From NCBI GenBank assembly GCA_963817385.1, contig CAWFOM010000010.1, forward strand, positions 315,344 through 379,343: a stretch of DNA of 64,000 nt, given 5' to 3'. How positions within the stretch are numbered: position 1 is the first letter of the stretch; each line of letters begins with the position of its first letter. The notes below the pieces were generated by a model. The model was not told the origin of the DNA and did no database searches. It was given only the letters and a program-made list of their open reading frames with translations. Positions 41,963 to 50,294 of the stretch are shown here, in pieces. Position numbers and translations under genes: made by a program. Source of the DNA: an uncultured delta proteobacterium (GTDB lineage: Bacteria > Desulfobacterota > Syntrophia > Syntrophales > UBA5619).

Positions 41963-42614
41963 ATGACTCACAGTTTGCACAGGGAAGGCAGCCGGGAATC
42001 GCTGGAGAAGGACTATGTCCTGTTCATCTACCCGGCGAGGGGATTCAACTACAAGGGGAGCGCCCCGAAGGTTCGTCATATGGTCGAGCTGCTCTATCAG
42101 GCCGGTCCGGTCAACATGATCCCGACGTCACTTGCGCCGCAACATGTACAGCGGGGTGACGAACGAGGAGATCCTCGACAGCATTACCGTCGAGGGGACG
42201 CGCGTCTACTCCGTCTTCAACGACCGGGAGAAGCTCAAGAAGGCGGTGATCTTGCTCAAGGAGGCGAACGAGGGGATCTCCGTCATGGTCAGCGGGCTCA
42301 CCGACCGCGTCCGGGAGCTCGCCGCGGAGTGCGGCATCACCCCCCACATGATCAACCTGTCGCTCGGCATCCACGGGCGGACGGACCGCCTGCCGCCGGC
42401 GGACATCCGGGAGTTCACGACGATGTGCGGCCACGGCGTCGTCTCGCCCTACCTGGTCAAGGATATGATCCGCCGGGTCAAGACGGGCAAGGTCAGCGAA
42501 TGGGACGGAAGCGTGCTCCTCGCGGAGCCCTGCACGTGCGGCATCTACAACCCGTGCCGTTCGGCGGAACTGCTCCGGGAAAAATCGCCTCTCTACACGA
42601 TCGACCGCTTGTAG
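41963..42614 (+). pseudogene. hypothetical protein with C-terminal Cys/His cluster, split by a 1-nt insertion near 42131
   Basis: ...AGPVNMIPTS continues in the next frame as LRRNMYSGVTNEEILDS... The C-terminus MCGHGVVSPYLVKDMIRRVKTGKVS...PCTCGIYNPC is reminiscent of BFD-like [2Fe-2S] spacing. This is a weak resemblance. Confidence 0.45.
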
Positions 42615-42630
42615 CGGCGGGAGGATCCGG

Positions 42631-43520
42631 ATGAAGCTGGGATTTATCGGTTTCGGGGGCGCGGGCTACGGCCTGGCCAAAGGGCTCAAACAGGCGGGGC
42701 TCGAAGAGCTCCATTTCCACGACCGCATGCAGGAGACGCCGCCCTACGCGGAGGTGATCGAACGGCACGCCGCCGAGACGGGCGCAGTCCGGGCGTCTAA
42801 CCGTCCGTGAGCTTCTCGACCGCGTGGAGGTCGTGATCTCCTGCGTCACGGGTGCGATGGCGATCGAAGTGGCGCGTGAGGCGGCGCCCTTCCTCAGGGC
42901 CGGCCACCTCTACGCGGATGTCAATACCGCATCGCCGCACGTCAAGGAGACCGTTGCCGGGATCGTCGAGACGGCAGGGGGGCTCTTTGCCGACGCGGCG
43001 ATGATGGGGGCGATTCCGGCCTTCCTCCACCGGGTGCCGATCCTCGCCTCGGGATCCGGAGCCGCGCGCTTCCTGGAATTGATGCAGCCGTACGGGATGA
43101 ACATCCGGGTGATCGGCGAGAAGCCAGGCCAGGCCTCCGCCATCAAGATGTTCCGCAGCATCTTCATGAAGGGTCTCCTCTCACTTTTTCTCGAGATGCT
43201 GACCGCGACACACCGCTACGGCGTCGATGAGATGGTCCTTGCGTCCATCGCCGAGTCGCTGGACGGGACGCCCTTCCGGGAGACCGCGCGGCGTGCAGAT
43301 GACCAAGGGGACCGTCAACGCAGAGCGGATGGCCCACGAGATGGAGGAGGTGATCGCCACACTGGAGGAACTCGGCGTCCCTGCGGAGATGTCCCGGGCT
43401 TCCCGGGAAAAGCTCCTTTGGTGCGCTGGCTTCGGTCTGCGCGAGCGCTTCGGCGGCGAGCTGCCGTCCACCCTCGCGGAGGTCCTCGGGGAGCTCGAAC
43501 GAACACCGGCTAACAAATAA
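42631..43520 (+). pseudogene. NAD(P)-binding dehydrogenase (6-PGDH NAD-binding fold with DUF1932-like C-terminus), two 1-nt insertions (~42799, ~43292)
   Basis: MKLGFIGFGGAGYGLAKGL Rossmann start. ...GAVRAS then the next frame gives TVRELLDRVEVVISCVTG... ...FRETAR then the next frame gives VQMTKGTVNAERMAHEMEEV... to 43520. Confidence 0.7.
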
Positions 43521-43667
43521 GGTCCGCATGAGACAGGCCATGCCAGCCCGGCCTTTTTCCAAAATCATTGGTGAGTTAACAGGAGTCTTGCAAAACACCC
43601 TGTTTGCAGGCTGTTCAAACATGGTTCAGATGCAAGGCGCGCAAAAACCGAAGAGTGAGGTGTATAT

Positions 43668-44409
43668 ATGCAGGTTGATGCGCTCACGATCATGGTTCTC
43701 GCCATCCTTTTCGTCTCGACGCTGGTCCGCGCCGTCTTCGGTTTCGGAAACGCCCTGATTGCTATGCCGCTCCTGGCCATGACCTCGATCGGCATGAAAA
43801 CGGCATCGCCGCTTGTCGCCCTGATCGCAACTCTCCTGTCGCTCATGATTCTCTGGAAGGACTGGCGGATTATCGATTTCAAGTGCACCTGGAGGCTTCT
43901 GGCCGCCACCCTGCCGGGGACCCCCCTCGGACTCCTCCTCCTCAAGGGTCCTTATGAAAACACGGGCAAGATCATCCTCGCCCTCATCATCATCGGGTTT
44001 TCCCTTTACAGCCTATTCAGACCGCGGCTCATTGCGCTCACGCGCGAATGGACCGCATATCCCTTCGGCTTTCTCGCCGGCATCCTGGGCGGCGCCTACA
44101 ACTCCAACGGCCCTCCCATCGTGATCTACGGAACCATCCGCAGATGGCCGCCGGACTGCTTCCGGGCGAACCTCCAGGGCTACTTTTTCCCGGCAAATCT
44201 CATCATCATCACGGGGCATGGTCTGGGCGGTCTCTGGACACCAGCGGTCGGATGGTATTTTCTCCTCGCACTGCCGGCGATCCTGCTTGTCCATGTGGGT
44301 CGGAAACCGCCTCAACCGCATAATCCCCCCGGGACATTTCGAGCGATATATCCACATCCTCCTGATCCTGATCGGCGCTTTGCTCCTCATCCAGACAATT
44401 ACGGCCTGA
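43668..44409 (+). pseudogene. TauE/SafE-family anion exporter, C-terminus shifted by a 1-nt insertion near 44292
   Basis: Multi-TM protein with FGFGNALIAMPLL and GILGGAYNSNGPP. ...ALPAILLV then the next frame gives MWVGNRLNRIIPPGHFERYIHILLILIGALLLIQTITA-stop. Confidence 0.75.
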
Positions 44410-44422
44410 AGCCCTCGGCGAC

Positions 44423-45301
44423 CTACCTCCCTTCTCTCCCGCCCGGAGCGTCTCCCGGCATGAGAGTCGTCACGGATGCGGCCGCCTCGCCATTTTCCGC
44501 CGCACGGGGGTTCACGGCGCCCTCCCCGGGCGGCGGCTCTCCCCCTGCTCCTCCCTGATCCGTGCCGGCAGAGGCGGGTTCGTTCATCATCTCCTCAAAA
44601 TCGGGGATGACGATCCCGCGCCGGACCATGATGCGGTAGATCGCTTCCGCCCTCTTCTCCACATAACTGCCTCCGCCGACGGGACGGTACCTAAGCGGGC
44701 TGGGCAGGACTACGGCCAGGAGTGCCGCCTCTCGTGCCGTCAGGTCGGCGGCGCTTTTCCCGAAGTAGTGTCGTGCGGCGGCTGCGATCCCGAAGATGCC
44801 GTCCCCCCACTCGGCAACGTTCAGGTAGATCTCGATGATCCGCCTCTTGGAAAGATTCCTCTCCAGACGCCATGTCAGAATCGCCTCCTTGAGCTTCCGA
44901 ACCGGACTCCTCGAAGGAGTCAAATAGAGGTTCTTCACAAGCTGCTGGCTGATCGTGCTTCCCCCTGCCTGGAATTTTCGCTTCTTGAGGTCCTTCTCGA
45001 GGGCCTTCTGGATCGCTTCGAAATCGAACCCTTCATGGACCCAAAACTTGTCATCCTCGGCGATGATGACCGCTTTGAGAACATAGGGGGAAATTCTCGC
45101 AAGCGGCACCCACTCCTGGAGGATCCTCTTGCGAATCCCTTCCCGCTGCCACTGCCGTTCCCGGTACTCCATGAAGGCGGTTTTTGTCGGTCGCTCCTGC
45201 TTGAGCCGGGAGACGTTCGGATGGACGAGATAAACGACGATCGGCGATATAAAAACGACCGAGATCAGGATGACGATAAAAGCTGCCCATCTCTTTCCCA
45301 T
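44423..45301 (-). CDS. mtgA: monofunctional peptidoglycan glycosyltransferase
   Basis: TM anchor, IIAEDDKFWVHEGFD, GGSTISQQLVKN, RKLKEAILTWRLE. The C-terminal tail is low-complexity. Start taken at MGKRW. Confidence 0.85.
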   Translation of the reverse strand: MGKRWAAFIVILISVVFISPIVVYLVHPNVSRLKQERPTKTAFMEYRERQWQREGIRKRILQEWVPLARISPYVLKAVIIAEDDKFWVHEGFDFEAIQKALEKDLKKRKFQAGGSTISQQLVKNLYLTPSRSPVRKLKEAILTWRLERNLSKRRIIEIYLNVAEWGDGIFGIAAAARHYFGKSAADLTAREAALLAVVLPSPLRYRPVGGGSYVEKRAEAIYRIMVRRGIVIPDFEEMMNEPASAGTDQGGAGGEPPPGEGAVNPRAAENGEAAASVTTLMPGDAPGGREGR

Positions 45302-45601
45302 ATTTTCAAACCCCTGCGCTGATATCCGACCGGACCGGACATCACGGAACCATACCCTATTTTTTATCCGTTGGAAAGGAGAGGTGGAAATCACCCTTGA
45401 GCATACGCTTCAGGATGAAGACGATCTTCTCGCTGCAGCAAATTAATGATACTTCTCCGAGGATCGCTGTCGGTGAGCCGATTATGGTGGAAAATACTGA
45501 TCATTTCCAGTATGAACATGCCAAGCGGGCAGTGAGCGGTCACGAGGATATCGGACCTCAAAATCGACGGTCCCCGATGCCACTTTTCCTTTTTCGTCAG
45601 G

Positions 45602-45796
45602 TTACCGCTGGTGATCCGCCGGATCTATCGGTCGTTTTGCCTTATTGATCTGTTTAAGAACCTCGTCCAAATCAAACCGCCAGGACCTTCCGATCTTGAA
45701 ACCCGGCAATTTCCCCTCTGCGGCAAGCTTGCATACCGTCTCTTGCGTGATGCGAAGAAACTCCGCTAATTCTTTTGGCTTCACGATTTTCGTCAT
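45602..45796 (-). CDS. excisionase/MerR-type helix-turn-helix DNA-binding protein
   Basis: 64 aa. KPKELAEFLRITQETVCKLAAEGKLPGFKIGRSWRF. GGAGG lies 6-7 nt before ATG 45796. Confidence 0.6.
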   Translation of the reverse strand: MTKIVKPKELAEFLRITQETVCKLAAEGKLPGFKIGRSWRFDLDEVLKQINKAKRPIDPADHQR

Positions 45797-45972
45797 CAAT
45801 GTGCCTCCGTTATTCACTGTTCCCCTGCTTTACCGATTGCTCTCCGCAATGCGATCAAGGTCCCTCTGCTCCGCCATGCACAGCATGAAAACCGGCGTCT
45901 GCGAAAAATCCTGAATCCATCCACTTCGAGGGGGTCACCCGAATGGGGGAAACACTTCCCTCGGACCGTTAT

Positions 45973-46488
45973 TCAGTTTATGCCGGATATCGTTTCCGTC
46001 TCGGCTCCGCCCATCACCCGGTCGATGTCGAGGAGGATCTTGACTCCCTGCCCCAATTTTGCCATGCCGAGGATATACTCCGTGTCGAGTTTCGACCCGA
46101 AATCTGGCGTGGCCTCGACGTCCGCGGCGTGTATATTCAGCACTTCCGAAACGGAATCGACGACGATACCCATGAACACCTTTCCGGCGCCAAGTGCGAT
46201 TTCAACAACAATAATGCACGTCCTTTCGGTGTAGGCCATCGTTTCAATTCCAAACTTGAGCCGAAGGTCGACGACAGGGATCACCTTGCCGCGCAGGTTG
46301 ATGACCCCTTTGATCTGTCCCGGCGCCCTCGGCACCGCCGTGATCGGCATCATCCCGATGATCTCCTTCACCTTAAGGATCCCGATGCCGTACTCCTCTC
46401 CCGCCAGAGAGAAGGTCAGATATTTCCCTTCGTGATGCGCTCCGGTCTTGGCGGCCTGCTCTGTGATATCCATCGTATCTGCTCCCAT
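45973..46488 (-). CDS. cheW: chemotaxis coupling protein CheW
   Basis: 171 aa. YLTFSLAGEEYGIGILKVKEI, GVINLRGKVIPVVDLR, GIVVDSVSEV. Confidence 0.9.
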   Translation of the reverse strand: MGADTMDITEQAAKTGAHHEGKYLTFSLAGEEYGIGILKVKEIIGMMPITAVPRAPGQIKGVINLRGKVIPVVDLRLKFGIETMAYTERTCIIVVEIALGAGKVFMGIVVDSVSEVLNIHAADVEATPDFGSKLDTEYILGMAKLGQGVKILLDIDRVMGGAETETISGIN

Positions 46489-46917
46489 TTACCTCAATCT
46501 CCCGTTTGATAATCCCGGCTTCTCTCCCCTGAACAATGCCGGTCGGCGCGGAAAGAACGGAGGGGGTGTAACCCTCCCCACACGGACCGCGTCGATGTTA
46601 AAAGTCCTTGAAATCGCGCGTCTCCAGAGGGATGACCAGATACAACTTCGTTGACACCTCCATGGTTTACTTTTTTTCAATTATTAGGTCTTCGAACTCT
46701 TTCGCTGATTCGAAGATATTTCCTGCCATGCAGTGCAGATTGAGCAAGAGGGATGCCAATTCGATCTAGTTCTCCGGGCAGATCATCCTTTCGGGTTATA
46801 ATCAGCAAAATTTCGTCAGGAATATATTGTTTACGAGTGGTTGGACGCCTTATCTTGTTTTCACGTGAAGTACATCAACCTGTCTATCGATTCCGGGAAC
46901 TATGAATGGAATGGTGG

Positions 46918-46980
46918 CTTGTCCGGGAGTAACGGATTTTGTCCGGTGAAGGCGGATTCTGTCCGGTTATCCCGGACAAG
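46918..46980. repeat. TGTCCGG repeat cluster (three direct copies plus one inverted)
   Basis: CTTGTCCGGG...GGATTTTGTCCGGTGAAGGCGGATTCTGTCCGGTTATCCCGGACAAG. Contains the perfect palindrome TGTCCGG-TTATC-CCGGACA. The outer 10-mers CTTGTCCGGG/CCCGGACAAG are inverted. Confidence 0.45.
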
Positions 46981-47120
46981 CGCCATATTGGAGCAGTATT
47001 TCGATGTCTTCACTGGTATACAGGTGTCATGATCCGCCGGTAAACCGCCGGGTCAAGACGCGTCGAAGGGTTCATGTTCCTGAGAATTGTTTGAGAAATG
47101 CGCCATTGTGAAAATTAGGT

Positions 47121-47149
47121 TTGACTTTCCCGCCCATTTCTCCTATATA
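47121..47149 (+). promoter_or_regulatory. sigma70-type promoter candidate
   Basis: TTGACT (47121-47126), 17 nt, TATATA (47144-47149). Confidence 0.4.
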
Positions 47150-47183
47150 GGCCGTCGGTTTCCGTGTGCAGCTTGTCGTCCAC

Positions 47184-47199
47184 TGGCAAAATCTGTGCA
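47184..47199 (+). promoter_or_regulatory. sigma54-like -24/-12 element candidate
   Basis: TGGCAAAATCTGTGCA has the GG and GC dinucleotides at the spacing of the TGGCAC-N5-TTGCA consensus. It lies ~50 nt before ATG 47248 and ~200 nt after the TGTCCGG cluster. Confidence 0.3.
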
Positions 47200-47247
47200 C
47201 CGTTGCAGGAGTGGGGGGGCCCCCGAATAACCAAGAGGAGGTACTTC

Positions 47248-48213
47248 ATGATGAGACGGCGGATTTTCCTCTGGATGGGACTCGGCGTCCTGTTCGCATG
47301 GCTCGGGTTGTGCGCGGAAGGTCTTGCCCGGGAGACCTATCAGGTCCGAAGCGGCGACACCCTCTCCGGCATTTCCGAAAAGAGCGGCGTTTCCATCGAC
47401 GCCCTGAAGGCCGCCAACAACCTGAAGGGCTGCAAACTAAAACCCCGTCAAATCCTCGTTATTCCCGCCTTGCCTGCCGATACATCCTCGAAATCCCGAC
47501 AGCCTCCGTCCACCAGGACCGAAGTCTATCGGGTCATCAAGGGAGATACCTTTGCCCGCATCGCCAAGAAAACCGGGATCTCCGTCGCCGAACTCCGCGA
47601 ACTCAACCGCCTGCAGGGAAACGCCCTGAAGATCGGGCAGAGGCTTGCCCTTGCCAAGAAACAGGATCGGGACGCGGATCCGGCGCCGATGGAATATAGG
47701 AAGAATCTGGTCATATCGGATGCGGAGGAGGAAGAGGATGATGGCGGGATCGCCACCGAAGAAGCCTTGGCCGAGATCGAGAGGCGCAAGCAGGAGAGTG
47801 CGGCGCTCCTCGGGAATTGGACCAACCCCGACGAACCGAAACTGCTCGTCAAGGTTGCGATGGGCTTTCTCGGCGCTCCCTACCGCCTGGGCGGCTACTC
47901 GGTAACAGGACTCGACTGTTCGGGATTCGCGAAGAAGATCTATCAGATTTTCAATATCGATCTTCCCCGGACGGCCTTCGAACAGTCCCGTGTCGGCTTG
48001 CGCGTTTCGCGCAACGAGCTTATCGAAGGGGATCTTCTCTTCTTTAATACGAGAAGAAAGCTCGGACATGTCGGAATCTACATCGGCAACAACCAATTCG
48101 TTCACGCCTCTTCGCGGAAACGGGGAGTCCGCATCGACAATCTCAGCATGCCGTATTTCGATAAGCGATTCGTCCGGGCGGTCCGTCTCAAGGGAAGCGA
48201 TGAGGGCCTGTAG
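47248..48213 (+). CDS. LysM-repeat NlpC/P60 peptidoglycan endopeptidase
   Basis: Signal peptide, two LysM repeats (YQVRSGDTLSGIS..., YRVIKGDTFARIA...), acidic linker, NlpC/P60 core GLDCSGFAKKIY...GHVGIY. RBS GAGGAGG. Confidence 0.85.
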   Translation: MMRRRIFLWMGLGVLFAWLGLCAEGLARETYQVRSGDTLSGISEKSGVSIDALKAANNLKGCKLKPRQILVIPALPADTSSKSRQPPSTRTEVYRVIKGDTFARIAKKTGISVAELRELNRLQGNALKIGQRLALAKKQDRDADPAPMEYRKNLVISDAEEEEDDGGIATEEALAEIERRKQESAALLGNWTNPDEPKLLVKVAMGFLGAPYRLGGYSVTGLDCSGFAKKIYQIFNIDLPRTAFEQSRVGLRVSRNELIEGDLLFFNTRRKLGHVGIYIGNNQFVHASSRKRGVRIDNLSMPYFDKRFVRAVRLKGSDEGL

Positions 48214-49213
48214 GGAACCGGTGGAATCCGGCCGTTTAGCGAATGACGGGACAATCCCCGTATTGATCCTGATTCTTGCGCTTGTTCTCCTGTTTCTGAC
48301 TGCGGCAACCGATCTTTCCGCAGCTCCCCGAATCTCCAACTATCATGCAGTTTTCATTCCTTTTTATAGCGAGACAGGGTCGCTTATGGCCGCCGTCCGC
48401 CGGTACAATCAGGACGCCGACGACTTTTTTCTCGTCCTTGATCCGTACCGTTTCGAGCTTAGCGGGATGAGTGGTGCGAAGGTCGTCTCGGCCCGTCTTT
48501 CCGGGGCCGATGCCTGGCGGGAAACCCCCTTTTCCCGTGCTCTCGCCCGGCATACCTCTCCTCCCTATCCTATCCAGAACGACGGCCTGCGCGAGGCCGA
48601 CCATCCCGTAGCGGGTTTTTTCCTGACGGCCGACCTCTGTCCCGCGAAAAAGTCCCTGGATCGCCGTTTCATCGAAGCGACGACCGCGCTCCCGCTGAAG
48701 CCGCCGGTGCCGGTCGCCCTGATGGTAAGCGGCCTCTGGATTCAGCGGCATACCGACGATCTGGCCTGGCTAAAGTATCAGGCAGCTGCGGGAAGGATCT
48801 CGATCACCTGGGTCAACCACTCCTTCACCCATCCTTACGATCCTTCCGCCCCCCTGGAGAAGAATTTCCTCCTGAGCCCGAAGACGGATCTTCTCAACGA
48901 GGTACTCTCCCTGGAGCGCCTCCTTCTCGAACAGGGGCTGACGCCCTCCCCTTTCTTCCGTTTTCCGGGTCTCGTCTCGAACCGGCACCTGATCGAACAG
49001 CTCCGCGACCTCTCCCTCATCCCGGTCGGCAGCAACGCCTGGCTTGCCAAGGGGGAATCGCCGCACCCGGGGAGCATCATCCTGGTTCACGCCAACGGCA
49101 ACGAACCGGAGGGGATAAACCTCCTCCTCTCTTTCTTCAGCGAGCATCGCGAGGCCTTCCGCCGGGGCGATGCCACCCTCCTTCCTCTCCGGGAGGCTTT
49201 CTCGCCCCGCTGA
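48200..49213 (+). CDS. polysaccharide deacetylase (NodB-type) family protein
   Basis: N-terminal TM/signal segment, FLTADLCP, NHSFTHP, ILVHANG. The start is uncertain (ATG 48200 overlaps the upstream stop; GTG 48221 is possible). Confidence 0.7.
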   Translation: MRACREPVESGRLANDGTIPVLILILALVLLFLTAATDLSAAPRISNYHAVFIPFYSETGSLMAAVRRYNQDADDFFLVLDPYRFELSGMSGAKVVSARLSGADAWRETPFSRALARHTSPPYPIQNDGLREADHPVAGFFLTADLCPAKKSLDRRFIEATTALPLKPPVPVALMVSGLWIQRHTDDLAWLKYQAAAGRISITWVNHSFTHPYDPSAPLEKNFLLSPKTDLLNEVLSLERLLLEQGLTPSPFFRFPGLVSNRHLIEQLRDLSLIPVGSNAWLAKGESPHPGSIILVHANGNEPEGINLLLSFFSEHREAFRRGDATLLPLREAFSPR

Positions 49214-49257
49214 TCTTTGTTTTCCCATGCCCTCCGGCAGTTTTGCGTTGATTTCTT

Positions 49258-49286
49258 CCCGGATTCCCTCTATATTTCCTCCAAGT
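49258..49286 (+). promoter_or_regulatory. sigma70-type promoter candidate
   Basis: TTGATT (49258-49263), 17 nt, TATATT (49281-49286). Leaves a ~140-nt leader before ATG 49428. Confidence 0.45.
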
Positions 49287-49427
49287 GAATCGGGGTTGTA
49301 CGACCGAGCGGAATGGGCTGTCCGCATGATCTTCATTGTCGCCACGCGCCGCCCCCTGCCCGGATGGCCGTCCGATACCCGGAAGGCGGCTCAGCTTCAC
49401 CGGGAGAACAAAAAGAAAGAGGAACCC

Positions 49428-50294
49428 ATGTTAAAGAGCTCCCTTGTGTTTGTCGCCATCGGAATCGCCGCCATGCTATGCGGCGGTTGTGTAGCCAAGA
49501 GCGATTATCTCCAGAAACAGGCTGAAGCCGATGGCCTGAACCGGAATCTGGCGGTCCTGACCGCTGAAAACACCGGCCTCAAGGAGCAGATCGACCGCTT
49601 GCATGCCAACCGGGACAGACTGATTGTCGAGCGGGATACGCTGGTGGCCGAACGGGATAAACTGGCTGCCGAGCGGGATGACCTCAGCACCCGCCTCGTT
49701 GCAAAAACGGGGGAGACGATCCGTGCGATCGATAAGTTACAGGAACGGAATGCCGAATTGGAAGGCGACAAGCAGATGCTCCAGGAGAGCATTACCCTGC
49801 TCAAGAAGACCCGGGAGGAGGCGGTCCGGACCGTCAGCAAGACCTACGAAAATCTCCTCGCCGAGATGAAGGGCGAGATCGAACAGGGGCAGATTGCCAT
49901 CACCGAGCTCAAGGGGAAGCTGACCGTGGATGTCGTTGACAAGATCCTCTTCGACTCCGGCCGGGCGGAGGTCAAGCCGGAAGGACTGGAAGTGCTCAAA
50001 CGGGTCGTCGCGATCTTGATGGAGGTTACGGACAAGACGATCCGCGTCGAAGGCCACACGGACAATGTGCCTATCTCGGGGGCCCTCGTGAAAAGATATC
50101 CGACGAACTGGGAGCTCTCCGCCGCCCGGTCGATCACGGTCACCCGGTATCTGGAGAAGGAAGGGCTTGATCCCGCACTCCTGTCGGCGGCCGCCTTCGG
50201 GGAGTACCAGCCGGTGGCCGACAACGATACCCCCGAGGGACGGGCCAAGAACCGGCGGATCGCCATCATCCTGCTGCCAAAGGAGGAGAAGTGA
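49428..50294 (+). CDS. OmpA/MotB-domain lipoprotein with long coiled-coil region
   Basis: MLKSSLVFVAIGIAAMLCGGC signal/lipobox-like start, heptad-rich Leu/Glu/Arg region, C-terminus RVEGHTDNVPI...NWELSAARS...NRRI. Confidence 0.85.
   Translation: MLKSSLVFVAIGIAAMLCGGCVAKSDYLQKQAEADGLNRNLAVLTAENTGLKEQIDRLHANRDRLIVERDTLVAERDKLAAERDDLSTRLVAKTGETIRAIDKLQERNAELEGDKQMLQESITLLKKTREEAVRTVSKTYENLLAEMKGEIEQGQIAITELKGKLTVDVVDKILFDSGRAEVKPEGLEVLKRVVAILMEVTDKTIRVEGHTDNVPISGALVKRYPTNWELSAARSITVTRYLEKEGLDPALLSAAAFGEYQPVADNDTPEGRAKNRRIAIILLPKEEK

Noticed and set aside
45391-45601. Short minus-strand ORF (...AHCPLGMFILEMISIFHHNRLTDSDPRRSIINLLQREDRLHPEAYAQG) directly downstream of the excisionase-type HTH gene. 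It might be the remnant of a PIN/toxin partner.
   Set aside because: Only ~45-50 codons, with no catalytic motif I can recognise and no clear RBS. The evidence is insufficient for a toxin-antitoxin call.
46489-46680. Possible frameshifted small gene upstream of cheW on the minus strand (MEVSTKLYLVIPLETRDFKDF / NIDAVRVGRV...).
   Set aside because: Joining the frames needs an assumed indel, and the product matches nothing I recognise. Too speculative to call.
46918-46980. TGTCCGG repeats as a mini CRISPR array.
   Set aside because: The repeat units are only 7-14 nt with ~6-13-nt spacing, one copy is inverted, and no cas genes are present. The layout fits a protein-binding site cluster or a hairpin.
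46841-47032. 63-aa ORF spanning the repeat cluster.
   Set aside because: It has a TTG start and no RBS, and its sequence is dictated by the repeats. No protein-like features.
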